Assembly (NCBI GenBank): GCA_963666215.2 | Contig: CAXWPL010000002.1 | Location: 256,001-320,000, forward strand | DNA: 64,000 bases | DNA from: Acidobacteriota bacterium | Lineage (GTDB): Bacteria; Acidobacteriota; UBA890; WLXD01 | Direction of reading: 5' to 3' | Part shown: positions 18,653-28,747 of the stretch, piece by piece | How positions within the stretch are numbered: position 1 is the stretch's first letter | Layout of the letters: every line of letters starts with the position of its first letter | Made by a program: the position numbers and the translations under genes | The notes under the pieces: model-generated | The model's database searches: none | Seen by the model: the letters and a program-made list of their open reading frames with translations, nothing else | What the model was told of the DNA's origin: nothing

Positions 18653-19303
18653 TCAGAGAAAGAAGGATAGGCCCACAGTCACGAGGTGCGAATTGATGCC
18701 CGGGTTGCTCGTCGAGAAGCCGGCGTTGGAGATGTGATGGAAGCGGTAGTCGACATTCAGGGCAGTCGAGCGACCCAGCAGCCGCTGAATCGACACGCCT
18801 ACCTGCGGCGTGTAGTTGAACCGCGTTTCTCCAGGCGGTACTTCGGTGTTGGCGAACAGCATGCCAATGCCGCCGATAATGGCTGGCCTCCAAGTGCCGT
18901 TGGCGAGCTTGATGCGCGCCAACAGGTTGAGACCGCCGCCGGTGGCACGCGGGTCCTGATCCATCGTGAACAGCGGCAGAACTTCGAGAACGAACGCGAC
19001 ACGGTTGGTGGTGGTCACGCTCGGAACCCAGCGTACGCCGATCTGCTGGAAGTTGGTCCTCGTCCGCGCCGGGTCGAAGACCTTCCCGGTGGCATAGCCC
19101 AAGATCAGCCCGACCTCGCCGCGGGCGCGTGGCGTTTCCCCCGTGGTTTCCTCAGCGGGGCCGGCCTCCTGAGGTGTCGGGCTGGCGTGTGCTTGCGAGG
19201 CGCCGAACGAGCCCAGGGCGAGAGCCACGGTGAGCGGAGCCACATAAGAGAGGACCCAGAGGACGCTCGGGCCACCTACTTGTCGCGGTTCGATTCGGGG
19301 CAT
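18653..19303 (-). CDS. PagL-like lipid A 3-O-deacylase / acyloxyacyl hydrolase family beta-barrel
   Basis: Signal peptide; FNYTPQVG, YRFHHISNAG, NPGINS, ends LSFFL. Confidence 0.8.
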   Translation of the reverse strand: MPRIEPRQVGGPSVLWVLSYVAPLTVALALGSFGASQAHASPTPQEAGPAEETTGETPRARGEVGLILGYATGKVFDPARTRTNFQQIGVRWVPSVTTTNRVAFVLEVLPLFTMDQDPRATGGGLNLLARIKLANGTWRPAIIGGIGMLFANTEVPPGETRFNYTPQVGVSIQRLLGRSTALNVDYRFHHISNAGFSTSNPGINSHLVTVGLSFFL

Positions 19304-19484
19304 GGAGAGGGCCCACTCTGGAGGGTTGGAAGCGAGCAGCATACGAGCTGTCTCGAGTACGCGCTACGTCTCGCTCCTCTGTGTGCGCGGCTTGTGTAGC
19401 GGTCCGAAGGGCAGCGGGCTGTGGCGTAGCGGGTGGGTCGAGCCTCTGTCTGGACGCGCGGCCAGGGACGGGCTCGAGGAGAGC

Positions 19485-20563
19485 TCAGGTCCCTTTTCCC
19501 GGCTCCGTTGCGCGGGTCGAAGTCGGGGTGCTTGGCTGCGGCTTGGCCATTTCGAGTGTCGGTGGGCTCCACCGGATCGCTCCGCTCGACGGTTCGGTCC
19601 GCGCAGTAGCGGTCGCTCGCGGCACCCAACGCAGGTAGGCGTACAGGATTCCGCGAAGATCAGCGCGGCTCCCGCGCCGATGACCTCGGTGGGTGGCCCG
19701 GGCGCTTCCGCCGCCGCGGCGATCGCGGCGTCATCGAAGAAGGCGACCGTGGCGAACGCCAGCAGGTTGTTCGCGCCGTGAGCGACCATCGCTGGAAAGA
19801 TCGAGCCGGAGCGCCACACGAGCAGGCCGAAGTAGACGCCCATCAAAGTTCGCGGCAGCAGGCCGAAAGGGTCGAGGTGGAATGCTGCGAACAGCAACGC
19901 GGTGACGAACAACGGAGCCACCCAGTTGCCTCCCAGCGTCAGCAACCGCAGCATCAGGCCGCGGAACAGGATCTCCTCGCAGACAGCCGCCAGAATCACG
20001 GCGCCGAAGAGCAGCATGGCCATATCGGCGGCCGAGTCGGCCTGCAGTAGGGGCTCCATCGCTTGCCTGAGGAACTCCCGTAGGGCCTCGCTGTTCGGCA
20101 GGCTGTCGATGATCATCTCCTGGATGGCTCCGCCGAGCATCTGCAGAGGCCACGCCCCGGCGATCGCCACCGCATAGTGCGGCCAGGAAGCCTTGCGAAA
20201 CATGAAGCCCTCGGCGATCGGCAGGCGCAGCAGCACCAGGAAGATCATTGGCGCGAGCAGTATCGCTCCGATCTCGTCGAGGACGATCAGCGTCTTGAAG
20301 TCGATTCCGACAAGCACGCCACCGAACGCGACGGACAGGTGCAGGGCGAGCGCGAACAGGAACAGCCCCATCGCAACCCAACGAGCCGCCGCGGGTGGTG
20401 GCCACAGCGGCTGCCTTCCACGCGCCGGGCGGACGGGCAGCGCTGAATCACTCGTAGGGGCCTTATCTTCGGCCGTCGCATGAGGCGCGGCAGGCGCCAG
20501 ACCGGGCTCGAGGCGATCGGCCGGTTCGGCGAGGTCGTCGGGATTGGGAGGCACGGTCGACAT
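19485..20563 (-). CDS. CPBP (Abi/CAAX) intramembrane metalloprotease, probable frameshift near 19652
   Basis: EEILFRG, FAAFH, HGANN motifs; the last TM helix (IFAGILYAYLRW) is restored by adding one base. Confidence 0.8.
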
Positions 20564-20566
20564 GGC

Positions 20567-22651
20567 TCAGGCGGGCTCGTGTGCTGGGCGTCCGTAGTAG
20601 CGCAGCACTGCCCACAACGCCGGTATGGCGACGATGTAGGTGAGCCACGGCGAAATTCCGAAGCCGGAGGGAATATCTCCAAGCAGCATCGCCACCCCCC
20701 CAACGAGCAGAGCATAGGGGATCTGGGTCCGCACGTGGTCGATATGATCGGAGCCCGAGGCCATCGACGACAGGATGGTGGTATCGGAGATCGGCGAGCA
20801 GTGGTCGCCCCAAACGCTGCCGGCAAGCACCGACGAGATGGCGCCGACGAGCAGTGTGTTGCCGGCGGCGGCATCGAGGCCGGCGAGAGCGCCCAAGCGG
20901 ACCGCCAGCGGCACCACCAATGGCATGAGGATGCCCATCGTGCCGTACGAGGTTCCGGTGGCGAAGGCGATCGCGGCGGAGATGAGGAACACAAGCGCGG
21001 GCAGCAACTGGTGAGAAAGCGTGCCGGCCACCGCTTCCACCAGGAAGTCGGCGGTATGTACGGCGGCGCAGATGTCCTTCAGCGACCACGCCAGAACGAG
21101 GATGCTGCAGGCCATGAGCACCGATTTCATGCCGCTGACAAACGCCCGCATGGTGTCGTCGAGGCTGAGCAGCCGCTGACCGAGCGTCAAGCAGACAGCT
21201 GCCAGCAGGCCCGAGAAGGAGCCCCAGAGGATTGCGACGTTGGGATTCGCAGCCGCCAGGATCTCGTACATCGCCGCGGCGCTCGGATCGCCACCTCGCG
21301 CCACGATCGCGGCTCCGCCGTTCCACCACAGGCCGATCATCGTCACCACAACGACCGTCGCGATCGGCACCGCGGCGTTGTACCAACGGCGCGGGCAATC
21401 GGGCGGTGGCTGGGCAGCGTCGTCGTCGACATCAACGAGAGGTGAGGCGTCGTCGCCGAGCACCCTGCCGTCGACTCGGGCTCGACGCTCGGCGGCGAGC
21501 ATGGGGCCGAAGTCGCGGTCGAGGTAGCCCACCAGGAAGGCGAAAGCCAGGGCCAGAATCGGGTAGAAACGGTAGGGAATCGACTCGATGAACAGGAGGT
21601 AGGCGCTGCGATCGATGCCCTCGCTCTGCAGCGCGCCGGCGATATAGCCCACCTCGACGCCAATCCACGACGACACGACCGCGACGCTCGCCACCGGTGC
21701 GGCGGTGCAATCCACCAGATATGCGAGCTTCTCGCGCGAGATCCGCAGCCGGTCGGTGATCGGCCGCATTGTGTTGCCGACAATCAGCGTGTTGGAGTAG
21801 TCGTCGAAAAAGACGAGCAGCCCCATCACCCAGGTACTGAGCTGCCCTGAACGAGGTGTGCGCGCCCAGCGGACGACATGGGCGATTACCCCGTGGGTGC
21901 CGCCGTTGCGCACAATTAGGCCCACCGTGCCGCCAAGGATCATGATGTAGAGCAGAACGTTGGCGTTGCCCGAGTTGGAGAGAGTCCCCAGAACGTAGGT
22001 GTCGAGGGTCCGCAGGAGCGCGGTAATCGGGTTGAAGTCGTAGAGAAACATGCCGCCGAGCCAGAGCCCGAGAAACAGCGACACCATGACCTGGCGCAGA
22101 AGGACGGCCGCAACGATGGCCGTCAGCGGCGGCAGCAGCGACCACCAGGCGGGAACGACGCGCACGCTGGTGGTTGCCGCGGTGGCACCCGATACCGTCT
22201 CGAGAAGCAGACGCCGGCGGCCAGTTTCTGTGAACTCGACCTTGATCACAGTGCTGCCGCCGGGAGGAACCTGCCAGATGACGGTCGGCTGCTCACCCTC
22301 GGCGCGCAGCCGCACTCCGACCGGCTGCTCACTCGAGGCGTCGGCGGCAACCGCGACTCTCAATGCGTGACCACGTAGCGCCAGGCGCGGCACCGACCAG
22401 GTTAGCCGGTCAGGGTCGACGCTTGCTTCCACCTGCGATACGCGCCCCCGCAGGAACGCCGGCTCGGCGCTGCCCGTGCCATCGGTCTGGATCGCTGTCC
22501 CGGTGGCCACCGTGCTCGAGAGAGGCGGAAGAGCGTGAGTCGGGCGTGCGCTCAGGGCGACTGCCAAGACGCCTGCGGCCAGAACGATCGCTGCCGAGAT
22601 TCGCCAGGAACTTGCCTGCAGCAGAAAACGGGCGTGCAGGCGCGGTCGCAT
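20567..22651 (-). CDS. Na+/H+ antiporter NhaC-family transporter with N-terminal extracytoplasmic domain
   Basis: WSLLPPL, FFDDY.N, ISREKLAY..DCTAAP, TGTSYGT, GDHCSPISDTT, HVRTQ.PYA. Confidence 0.88.
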   Translation of the reverse strand: MRPRLHARFLLQASSWRISAAIVLAAGVLAVALSARPTHALPPLSSTVATGTAIQTDGTGSAEPAFLRGRVSQVEASVDPDRLTWSVPRLALRGHALRVAVAADASSEQPVGVRLRAEGEQPTVIWQVPPGGSTVIKVEFTETGRRRLLLETVSGATAATTSVRVVPAWWSLLPPLTAIVAAVLLRQVMVSLFLGLWLGGMFLYDFNPITALLRTLDTYVLGTLSNSGNANVLLYIMILGGTVGLIVRNGGTHGVIAHVVRWARTPRSGQLSTWVMGLLVFFDDYSNTLIVGNTMRPITDRLRISREKLAYLVDCTAAPVASVAVVSSWIGVEVGYIAGALQSEGIDRSAYLLFIESIPYRFYPILALAFAFLVGYLDRDFGPMLAAERRARVDGRVLGDDASPLVDVDDDAAQPPPDCPRRWYNAAVPIATVVVVTMIGLWWNGGAAIVARGGDPSAAAMYEILAAANPNVAILWGSFSGLLAAVCLTLGQRLLSLDDTMRAFVSGMKSVLMACSILVLAWSLKDICAAVHTADFLVEAVAGTLSHQLLPALVFLISAAIAFATGTSYGTMGILMPLVVPLAVRLGALAGLDAAAGNTLLVGAISSVLAGSVWGDHCSPISDTTILSSMASGSDHIDHVRTQIPYALLVGGVAMLLGDIPSGFGISPWLTYIVAIPALWAVLRYYGRPAHEPA

Positions 22652-22776
22652 TGAGATCCCTGGAGAAGAGTCCTGGTGCTGCCGATCGTGCAGAGTGGCC
22701 GACTGCAACAGGCGCGGATCTTATCATGGTGTAATTCGCGAAAGCCGACCCCGTTTCACCAGCCGGAGGGCGACTC

Positions 22777-23211
22777 GTGGCATCCGACCACCACAAGCCT
22801 GCGACCCCGCGCCGTCCCACACCGTTCGACGCCCTTCTCGGAACTGAAGTTCTCGCGGCGCACGATGGCGCTTCCGAGGTGCGGCTCGTGCTCACGGAGG
22901 CTCATCGCAATCTGCGAGGTGTGGCGCATGGTGGCGTCGTCAGTGCGCTGCTCGACATGGCGCTTGGAGCCGCCGTCGTTTCGACGACTTCCGAGGAAGA
23001 GTGGTGCGGCACTCTCGAGCTCTCGGTTCAGTTCCGCGACCCGGCTCGCAACGGGCCCCTGGTCGGACGGGGTAGGGTCGAGCGGCGCGGTCGCAGTGTG
23101 GCTTTCGCCGCCGGCGAAGTGCTTGACGATGCCGGCAGGATCGTAGCGGTGGCGCACGGCGTTTGGACGATTTGGGCCAGCTTCCCAGATCGCCCGAAAC
23201 CTCGGCCCTAG
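22777..23211 (+). CDS. PaaI-family hotdog thioesterase
   Basis: N..GVAHGG....LD motif and hotdog-fold C-terminus. Confidence 0.85.
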   Translation: MASDHHKPATPRRPTPFDALLGTEVLAAHDGASEVRLVLTEAHRNLRGVAHGGVVSALLDMALGAAVVSTTSEEEWCGTLELSVQFRDPARNGPLVGRGRVERRGRSVAFAAGEVLDDAGRIVAVAHGVWTIWASFPDRPKPRP

Positions 23212-23214
23212 CGG

Positions 23215-24543
23215 CTACTCGTACAGCAGGTGCCGGGCTCTCACTGGCTCGAAGGCGTCGAGCGCGGCACCCCAACTCGCGGTGATCTCCGCCGCCGGCG
23301 TGCCGGCTGTCAGCTGCGACTCGATCGCCGGGTCGCCCCACAGTCGCAGGAGCCTCGAGCGATCCCACGAACTGTCTTCGGCGCTGCCGCCTCCGTGCAA
23401 GCGCGTTAGCGTCGTGATGAGTGTCGCCGCGGTGAGGCCGGCGTCGAACTGCTCGCGGTCGGTCAAGACGAGGTTCACGCCGTTGCACAGCGCGCCCTCG
23501 TGCACGCTGGTTGTCGGCGTCAGGCGCCGCGGCACGAAGCGCACGCCGGGGAGCTGGGCGGCGTTGAGCGCTGTGGCCACGGCGTTGGAGTTCATCCACG
23601 GCGCGCCGAACCATTCGAAGGGCGCGTCGGTTCCCCGACCCACCGAGAGGTTGGTGGTCTCGAGCGGCCCCACGGCAGGGTAGAGCGTAGCCTGCGTGAG
23701 GTTGCGGATGTTGGGCGACGGGTTCACCCAGAGCAAACCGGTTGCATCGAACCACTGGTCGCGCTGCCAACCTTGCATGGCGATCACCGTGAGATCGGCG
23801 CCGATACCGCGCTCGACGTTGTAGTAGCTGGCTAGCTCGCCGATCGTCATGCCGTGGCGTAGTGGGATCGGCGCGTAGCCCACGAAGGATAGAAGCTCGG
23901 GGTCGAGCACCGGACCCGTCACGCGACCGCCGGTGATCGGGTTGGGTCGATCGAGAACCACGAACGGCAGGCCGGCCTCGGCGGCGGCTTCCATGGCGTA
24001 GGCCATCGTCGAGACGTAGGTGTAGAACCGCGTGCCGATGTCCTGGATGTCGAACACCAGCCCGTCGATGCCGACGAGCATCTCGCCTGTTGGCCGCCGG
24101 GTGTCGCCGTAGAGGCTCACGAGCGGTAGCCCGCTTTCGCTGTGAAGCTCGTCGGAAACCGCTCCTTCCAGAAGCGCGGCGAACCCGTGCTCCGGAGTGA
24201 AGATCTTCACGAGCTCGAGCGCGTCGCTCTCCGCGAGGACGTTCAGCGTTAGCTCGCCGGCCTGATTCCGCCCGGTCCAATTGGTGATGAGCGCAACCTT
24301 CGACCCGGCGAGCGGCTCGAAGCCACGGCGTTGCCAAACGTCGATGCCAGGCAGCAACGGCCCGCTGGCGGTCGATTGAGCTCGCGTCCCAGCAGGCTGC
24401 AGGCGCTCCTGGCCCGTGTCGGCGGCCGGTGGCGTACCGGCGCACGCGACAAGCCCGAGGGCGCCTGCGGCCAGCGCTAACCTGAGAATCGCGGTTGCCA
24501 CGGGCCCGCGTTCGCGAGTCGTGGGTCGCTCGGTGTGCCGCAT
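23215..24543 (-). CDS. namZ: Exo-beta-N-acetylmuramidase NamZ (DUF1343), lipoprotein
   Basis: LVAC lipobox; FTPEHG, DIQDIGTRFYTY, LDRPNP, RHGMTIGELA, PSPN, SVGRGT..PFE. Confidence 0.88.
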   Translation of the reverse strand: MRHTERPTTRERGPVATAILRLALAAGALGLVACAGTPPAADTGQERLQPAGTRAQSTASGPLLPGIDVWQRRGFEPLAGSKVALITNWTGRNQAGELTLNVLAESDALELVKIFTPEHGFAALLEGAVSDELHSESGLPLVSLYGDTRRPTGEMLVGIDGLVFDIQDIGTRFYTYVSTMAYAMEAAAEAGLPFVVLDRPNPITGGRVTGPVLDPELLSFVGYAPIPLRHGMTIGELASYYNVERGIGADLTVIAMQGWQRDQWFDATGLLWVNPSPNIRNLTQATLYPAVGPLETTNLSVGRGTDAPFEWFGAPWMNSNAVATALNAAQLPGVRFVPRRLTPTTSVHEGALCNGVNLVLTDREQFDAGLTAATLITTLTRLHGGGSAEDSSWDRSRLLRLWGDPAIESQLTAGTPAAEITASWGAALDAFEPVRARHLLYE

Positions 24544-24725
24544 GCGTTTGTGGGGCGCCGGTGTGCACCGTAGACTTTTGAACATTCTCCGGCTCTTTCT
24601 TTGCTTGCGGCGAAGCTGATGGGCGCGCCCCGGCCAGAGGCTGGGAAATCTACCTGCTCCAGCTGACCTCACAGGAAGCACCAGAGCTAGATGACTTCCT
24701 TGTACAGCCTGATCGGTCTGGTCGC

Positions 24726-27700
24726 ATGATTCGGTTGCGGATGGCGCATCTTAGCTCGCTGCCGCGATGGGCGGCAGGTGGAGCGGTGTTCGCCGCCACG
24801 CTGCTCGGCACCAGCAGCTACGAGCTCGAAGAGCCCGGAGTGCTTGCGGGCCCGGCTGCACAGCTGCCGAATGTTCAGCGCGAGCTCGAATCGAACGGCC
24901 CCAGCCTGGCGGCGCCGCTCGATCCGCGTACCCCGCTGCCGCCGGAGGCCCACGCCTGGGTCGAGCAGACACTGTCCCGAATGAGCCTCTCGGAGCGCGC
25001 CGGCCAGGTTCTGATGGTGCGCGCCTATGGCGAGTACTACGCGGCGGACGCCCAGGAGCGCCTCGAGCTGGTACGAACGATCCAGGAGCTGCACCTCGGC
25101 GGCGTGATCCTCTTCCGCTCGCAGGCCTACGAAGCTACGGCGCTGATCGGTGATCTGCAGCAGGCGGCGGCGCAGATCTCATCTGTGCCCCTCTTGATGG
25201 CCGCCGACTTCGAGTGGGGCGCCGATTTCCGTATCGACGGTGCCGTTCCGTTCCCCACCGCAATGGCTGTTGGGGCCACCTACAACGCAGAGGCGGCGGA
25301 GTGGATGGGGCGCGCGACCGCTGCCGACGCTCGCGCCCTGGGCATCCATTGGATCTTCGCTCCGGTTGCCGATGTCAACATCAATCCACAGAACCCGGTG
25401 ATCAACGTGCGCGCTTTTGGCGAGGATCCGGTGCATGTCGGGCGTATGGTCGACGCGTTTGTGCGCGGGGCACAGCGCGAGGGCGTGCTCGCCACGGCCA
25501 AACACTTTCCGGGCCACGGCGATACCGCTGTCGACTCGCACATCTCGTTGCCTGTCCTGGCTCACAACCGCGAGCGACTGCAGGCCGTCGAGCTTGCGCC
25601 CTTCCGAGCCGCGATCGACGCTGGAGTGGGCAGCATCATGACGGCTCATCTGGCGGTTCCTGCGCTCACGGCCGACAGCCGGCTACCGGCCACGCTGTCG
25701 CCGGCGATCCTCACCGATCTGCTGCGTACCGAGCTGGGCTTCGAGGGGTTGGTTGTTACCGACGCCATGGAGATGGGCGGCATCACTCGGCGCTGGTGGG
25801 GGGGGCAGGCGGCCGTCGAATCTCTCGTGGCGGGTGCCGACATGGTGCTTCTGCCGCCGAACACTCGCGCCGCGCACGGCGCGGTGGTGGCCGCCGTGGA
25901 GCGTGGAGATCTGCCGGCGGAGCGCCTCGAAGACGCTGTGCGCCGGGTGCTCGAGGCGAAGGCACGGCTTGGCCTTGCCGCCGGTGATCGCGGACGCTCG
26001 CTCACGAGCCTGTCGTCGCGCTTCGCGCTCGCGCTCGAGGCCGAGGAGGCACAGCAGGTGGCCGACTCGGCCGTGACACTACTTCGCGATCGCAGCAACC
26101 TGCTGCCGCTCGATGCACGGCAACCGCGGCGCATCGCGGTGGTTGGTGTTTCCGACAACAACACGTCGGCGCCCACCGTGGATCTGGTGGCGGCTTTGCG
26201 CGAGCCTCTCGGCGATGTGAGCTCCTACTCGATCGACGGGCGCACTCGAGGTGATGATGCCGCGGAGATCGTGACCGCGGTGGCGCGCGCCGATGTCTTG
26301 ATCCTGGCCGTGAGAGTGCGCCTGCGGACGAGCTCTGGAACCATCACTCTGCCCTCGAGACAGCAACGCTACGCTCACATGCTGGCGCAGCTCGACGTTC
26401 CGACGATCGTCGTCGCGCTCGGGAGCCCCTATTCGGCAGCCGCCTTCCCCCGCGCCTCGACTCTGCTCGCGGCTTACGGCTGGAGCGGCGCCATGCAACG
26501 CGCCGCGGCGCACGCCATCGTTGGTGAGACGCCCATCGGCGGCAAGCTGCCGGTGTCGATACCTGAGCTGTACGAGGTCGGCTTCGGTCTCGAGCGCCCA
26601 GCCCTCGACGCGCGATTGCAGGTGGCGACCACCGTGGCCGGCGACGAAACATCTCCCGAGGCGGAAATCGTTCCGGATCTGGCCGAGGCTCAGGCCATTC
26701 TCGAGCGCTGGGTTGCGGAGGGTGCGTTCCCTGGCGCGGTCTACGCAGTGGGGCACAAGAATCAACTCGTCGGGCGCGGCGCCGTGGGACGCATGACCTA
26801 CGACGACAATGCCGCGCCGACGCAGGTCGACAGCATCTTCGACCTCGCTTCGTTGACCAAAGTGATCGCCACCACAACCGTGGCCATGCAGGCGGTAGAG
26901 CGTGGGCACCTGCGTCTCGACTATTCGGCGCGAGCGCTCGTCCCCGAGTTCGCCGGTGAGAACAAGGACAAGGTCACCATCCGGCAACTCCTCACACACA
27001 CCTCGGGGCTGCCAGCGTACGTCGAGTTCTATCGTGACTACGAGCCGGGTGCGACGGGCCCGGATACCCGTGCCGATGTTCTCGAGAGAATCTACGCGGT
27101 GCCCCTCGAGGCACCGCCCGGGTCGCGCTACGTCTACTCCGACCTGGGGGTCATTCTGCTCGGTGAGGTGCTCACGCGGGCGCTTGGCGAGCCTTTCTGG
27201 GAGTACGCCGAGCGCGAGGTTTTCGCGCCCTTGGGCATGGCGGAAACCGGCTGGCTTCCCGACCCGGCGCTGCTCGATCGCATTCCGCCGACCGAGCGTG
27301 ATCCGTGGCGCGATCGTGTGGTTCACGGCGAAGTTCACGACGAGAACACCGTGGCGCTCGGTGGCATCTCGTCGCACGCCGGGCTGTTCTCGACCGTCGA
27401 CGACCTTTCCGTATTCGCGCAGATGCTGCTCAATCGCGGAAGTTATGGACACGTGCGCTTGGCGCGGTCGGGAACGGTTGGATCTTGGGTGCGGCGGCAG
27501 GAGGTGGTTGCCGACAGCAGCCGAGCCCTCGGCTGGGATACTGCGTACGGAAGCGAGAGCTGGGGCATGTTCTCGCCCACGGCTTTCGGCCACACCGGAT
27601 TCACCGGCACCTCTCTCTGGGTCGACTCGAGGCGCCAGCTGTTCGTGGTGTTGTTGACCAATCGGGTTCACCCAACGCGCGACAACCGCAAGATCCGCCA

Positions 27701-27758
27701 GGCCCGCATTGATTTTCATCGGGCCGTGGTGGCGGCCGTCGACGCGGCAAGTCGTTAG
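24726..27758 (+). CDS. nagZ: GH3 beta-N-acetylglucosaminidase fused to a beta-lactamase-fold serine hydrolase (AmiE-like amidase)
   Basis: GH3: APVADVN, KHFPGHG..DSH, TDAM nucleophile; C-terminal SLTK (SxxK), LLTHTSG, YSD, GEVHD, GHTGFTG, LTNR. Confidence 0.9.
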   Translation: MIRLRMAHLSSLPRWAAGGAVFAATLLGTSSYELEEPGVLAGPAAQLPNVQRELESNGPSLAAPLDPRTPLPPEAHAWVEQTLSRMSLSERAGQVLMVRAYGEYYAADAQERLELVRTIQELHLGGVILFRSQAYEATALIGDLQQAAAQISSVPLLMAADFEWGADFRIDGAVPFPTAMAVGATYNAEAAEWMGRATAADARALGIHWIFAPVADVNINPQNPVINVRAFGEDPVHVGRMVDAFVRGAQREGVLATAKHFPGHGDTAVDSHISLPVLAHNRERLQAVELAPFRAAIDAGVGSIMTAHLAVPALTADSRLPATLSPAILTDLLRTELGFEGLVVTDAMEMGGITRRWWGGQAAVESLVAGADMVLLPPNTRAAHGAVVAAVERGDLPAERLEDAVRRVLEAKARLGLAAGDRGRSLTSLSSRFALALEAEEAQQVADSAVTLLRDRSNLLPLDARQPRRIAVVGVSDNNTSAPTVDLVAALREPLGDVSSYSIDGRTRGDDAAEIVTAVARADVLILAVRVRLRTSSGTITLPSRQQRYAHMLAQLDVPTIVVALGSPYSAAAFPRASTLLAAYGWSGAMQRAAAHAIVGETPIGGKLPVSIPELYEVGFGLERPALDARLQVATTVAGDETSPEAEIVPDLAEAQAILERWVAEGAFPGAVYAVGHKNQLVGRGAVGRMTYDDNAAPTQVDSIFDLASLTKVIATTTVAMQAVERGHLRLDYSARALVPEFAGENKDKVTIRQLLTHTSGLPAYVEFYRDYEPGATGPDTRADVLERIYAVPLEAPPGSRYVYSDLGVILLGEVLTRALGEPFWEYAEREVFAPLGMAETGWLPDPALLDRIPPTERDPWRDRVVHGEVHDENTVALGGISSHAGLFSTVDDLSVFAQMLLNRGSYGHVRLARSGTVGSWVRRQEVVADSSRALGWDTAYGSESWGMFSPTAFGHTGFTGTSLWVDSRRQLFVVLLTNRVHPTRDNRKIRQARIDFHRAVVAAVDAASR

Positions 27759-27775
27759 CCGGCGAGCCCGACACG

Positions 27776-28747
27776 ATGGCGCCGGATCGATCAGAATCAA
27801 CCGCACAATCTGATGCGTCCTTCGCCGATTGGCCGCCGCGCGGGCTCGAGGGGCGCGCCAGCGCCGAGCTTGTAGAGCTGCTGGCGGTGGCCGACGCGCA
27901 GGCGGCGCGTGCCGTGCAGGACGCGCGAGGCGCGATCGCCGCGGCTGTTGATCTTCTGGTTGCGGGATGGCGTCGCGGAGGGCGCTTGATTTACGTCGGC
28001 GCCGGAACCAGCGGGCGGCTCGGCGTTCTAGACGCCGCCGAATGGCCGCCGACGTTCGGTGTCGACCCGGCTCGGGTCGTTGCCGTGATCGCAGGTGGCC
28101 ACGAGGCGCTGGTGCGCTCCATCGAGGGCGCCGAAGACGATGAGGGGGAAGGCGCCCGTCAAATGCGAGAGCTCGACCTCGGCGAGCACGACATGGTCGT
28201 TGGGCTGTCGGCGAGCGGGTCAACGCCGTTCACCGTCGCCGCACTACGACAGGCCGCCGCGAGTGGAGCCGCAACGGCGGCGGTTACGGTCGTGGCCGAG
28301 AGCGCTCTCGCGCGGGCCGCCCAGCTTCCGATCGTCGTCGATGTGGGCGCTGAGCTTGTCGACGGGTCGAGCCGCATGAAGGCGGGCACGGCGCAAAAGC
28401 TCGTATGCAACGCCCTCTCGACCGCGGCGCAGATTCGCTTGGGCCGTGTGCTCGATCGGCACATGGTTGGCGTACAGCTCACCAATCGCAAGCTGCGCGC
28501 CCGGGCGTTCGGGATTCTGCTATCGCTAGGGGCGGCTCCCAGCGAGACAGCCGCCGAGGAGCTGCTCGCGGCCGCAGGAGACGACCTGCCGACGGCATTG
28601 CTCATGGGTTGCGCAAACGTCGACCGTGCGGCGGCGTCCGCCTGTCTCGAAAGCGCCGGTGGACATGTGCCGCGGGCTCTGTCGGCGGCCAAGACCGCCG
28701 GGGAGGTCAACGCCAAAACCTCCACGACAACGGGGGAGGTTCGCTGA
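27776..28747 (+). CDS. murQ: N-acetylmuramic acid 6-phosphate etherase (divergent)
   Basis: GAGTSGRLGVLDAAE.PPTF, EGAED, SASG.TP, GSSRMKAGTAQK, N.KL..RA. Confidence 0.85.
   Translation: MAPDRSESTAQSDASFADWPPRGLEGRASAELVELLAVADAQAARAVQDARGAIAAAVDLLVAGWRRGGRLIYVGAGTSGRLGVLDAAEWPPTFGVDPARVVAVIAGGHEALVRSIEGAEDDEGEGARQMRELDLGEHDMVVGLSASGSTPFTVAALRQAAASGAATAAVTVVAESALARAAQLPIVVDVGAELVDGSSRMKAGTAQKLVCNALSTAAQIRLGRVLDRHMVGVQLTNRKLRARAFGILLSLGAAPSETAAEELLAAAGDDLPTALLMGCANVDRAAASACLESAGGHVPRALSAAKTAGEVNAKTSTTTGEVR

Noticed and set aside
19364-19652. Cys-containing C-terminal tail (CTPTCVGC) on the CPBP protease as a metal-binding domain
   Set aside because: It is out-of-frame sequence after a probable one-base deletion; the shifted frame completes the TM helix.
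24600-24720. Possible SRP RNA or riboswitch between namZ and nagZ
   Set aside because: Only a partial AGGAAGCA match without the required pairing; more likely a divergent promoter region.
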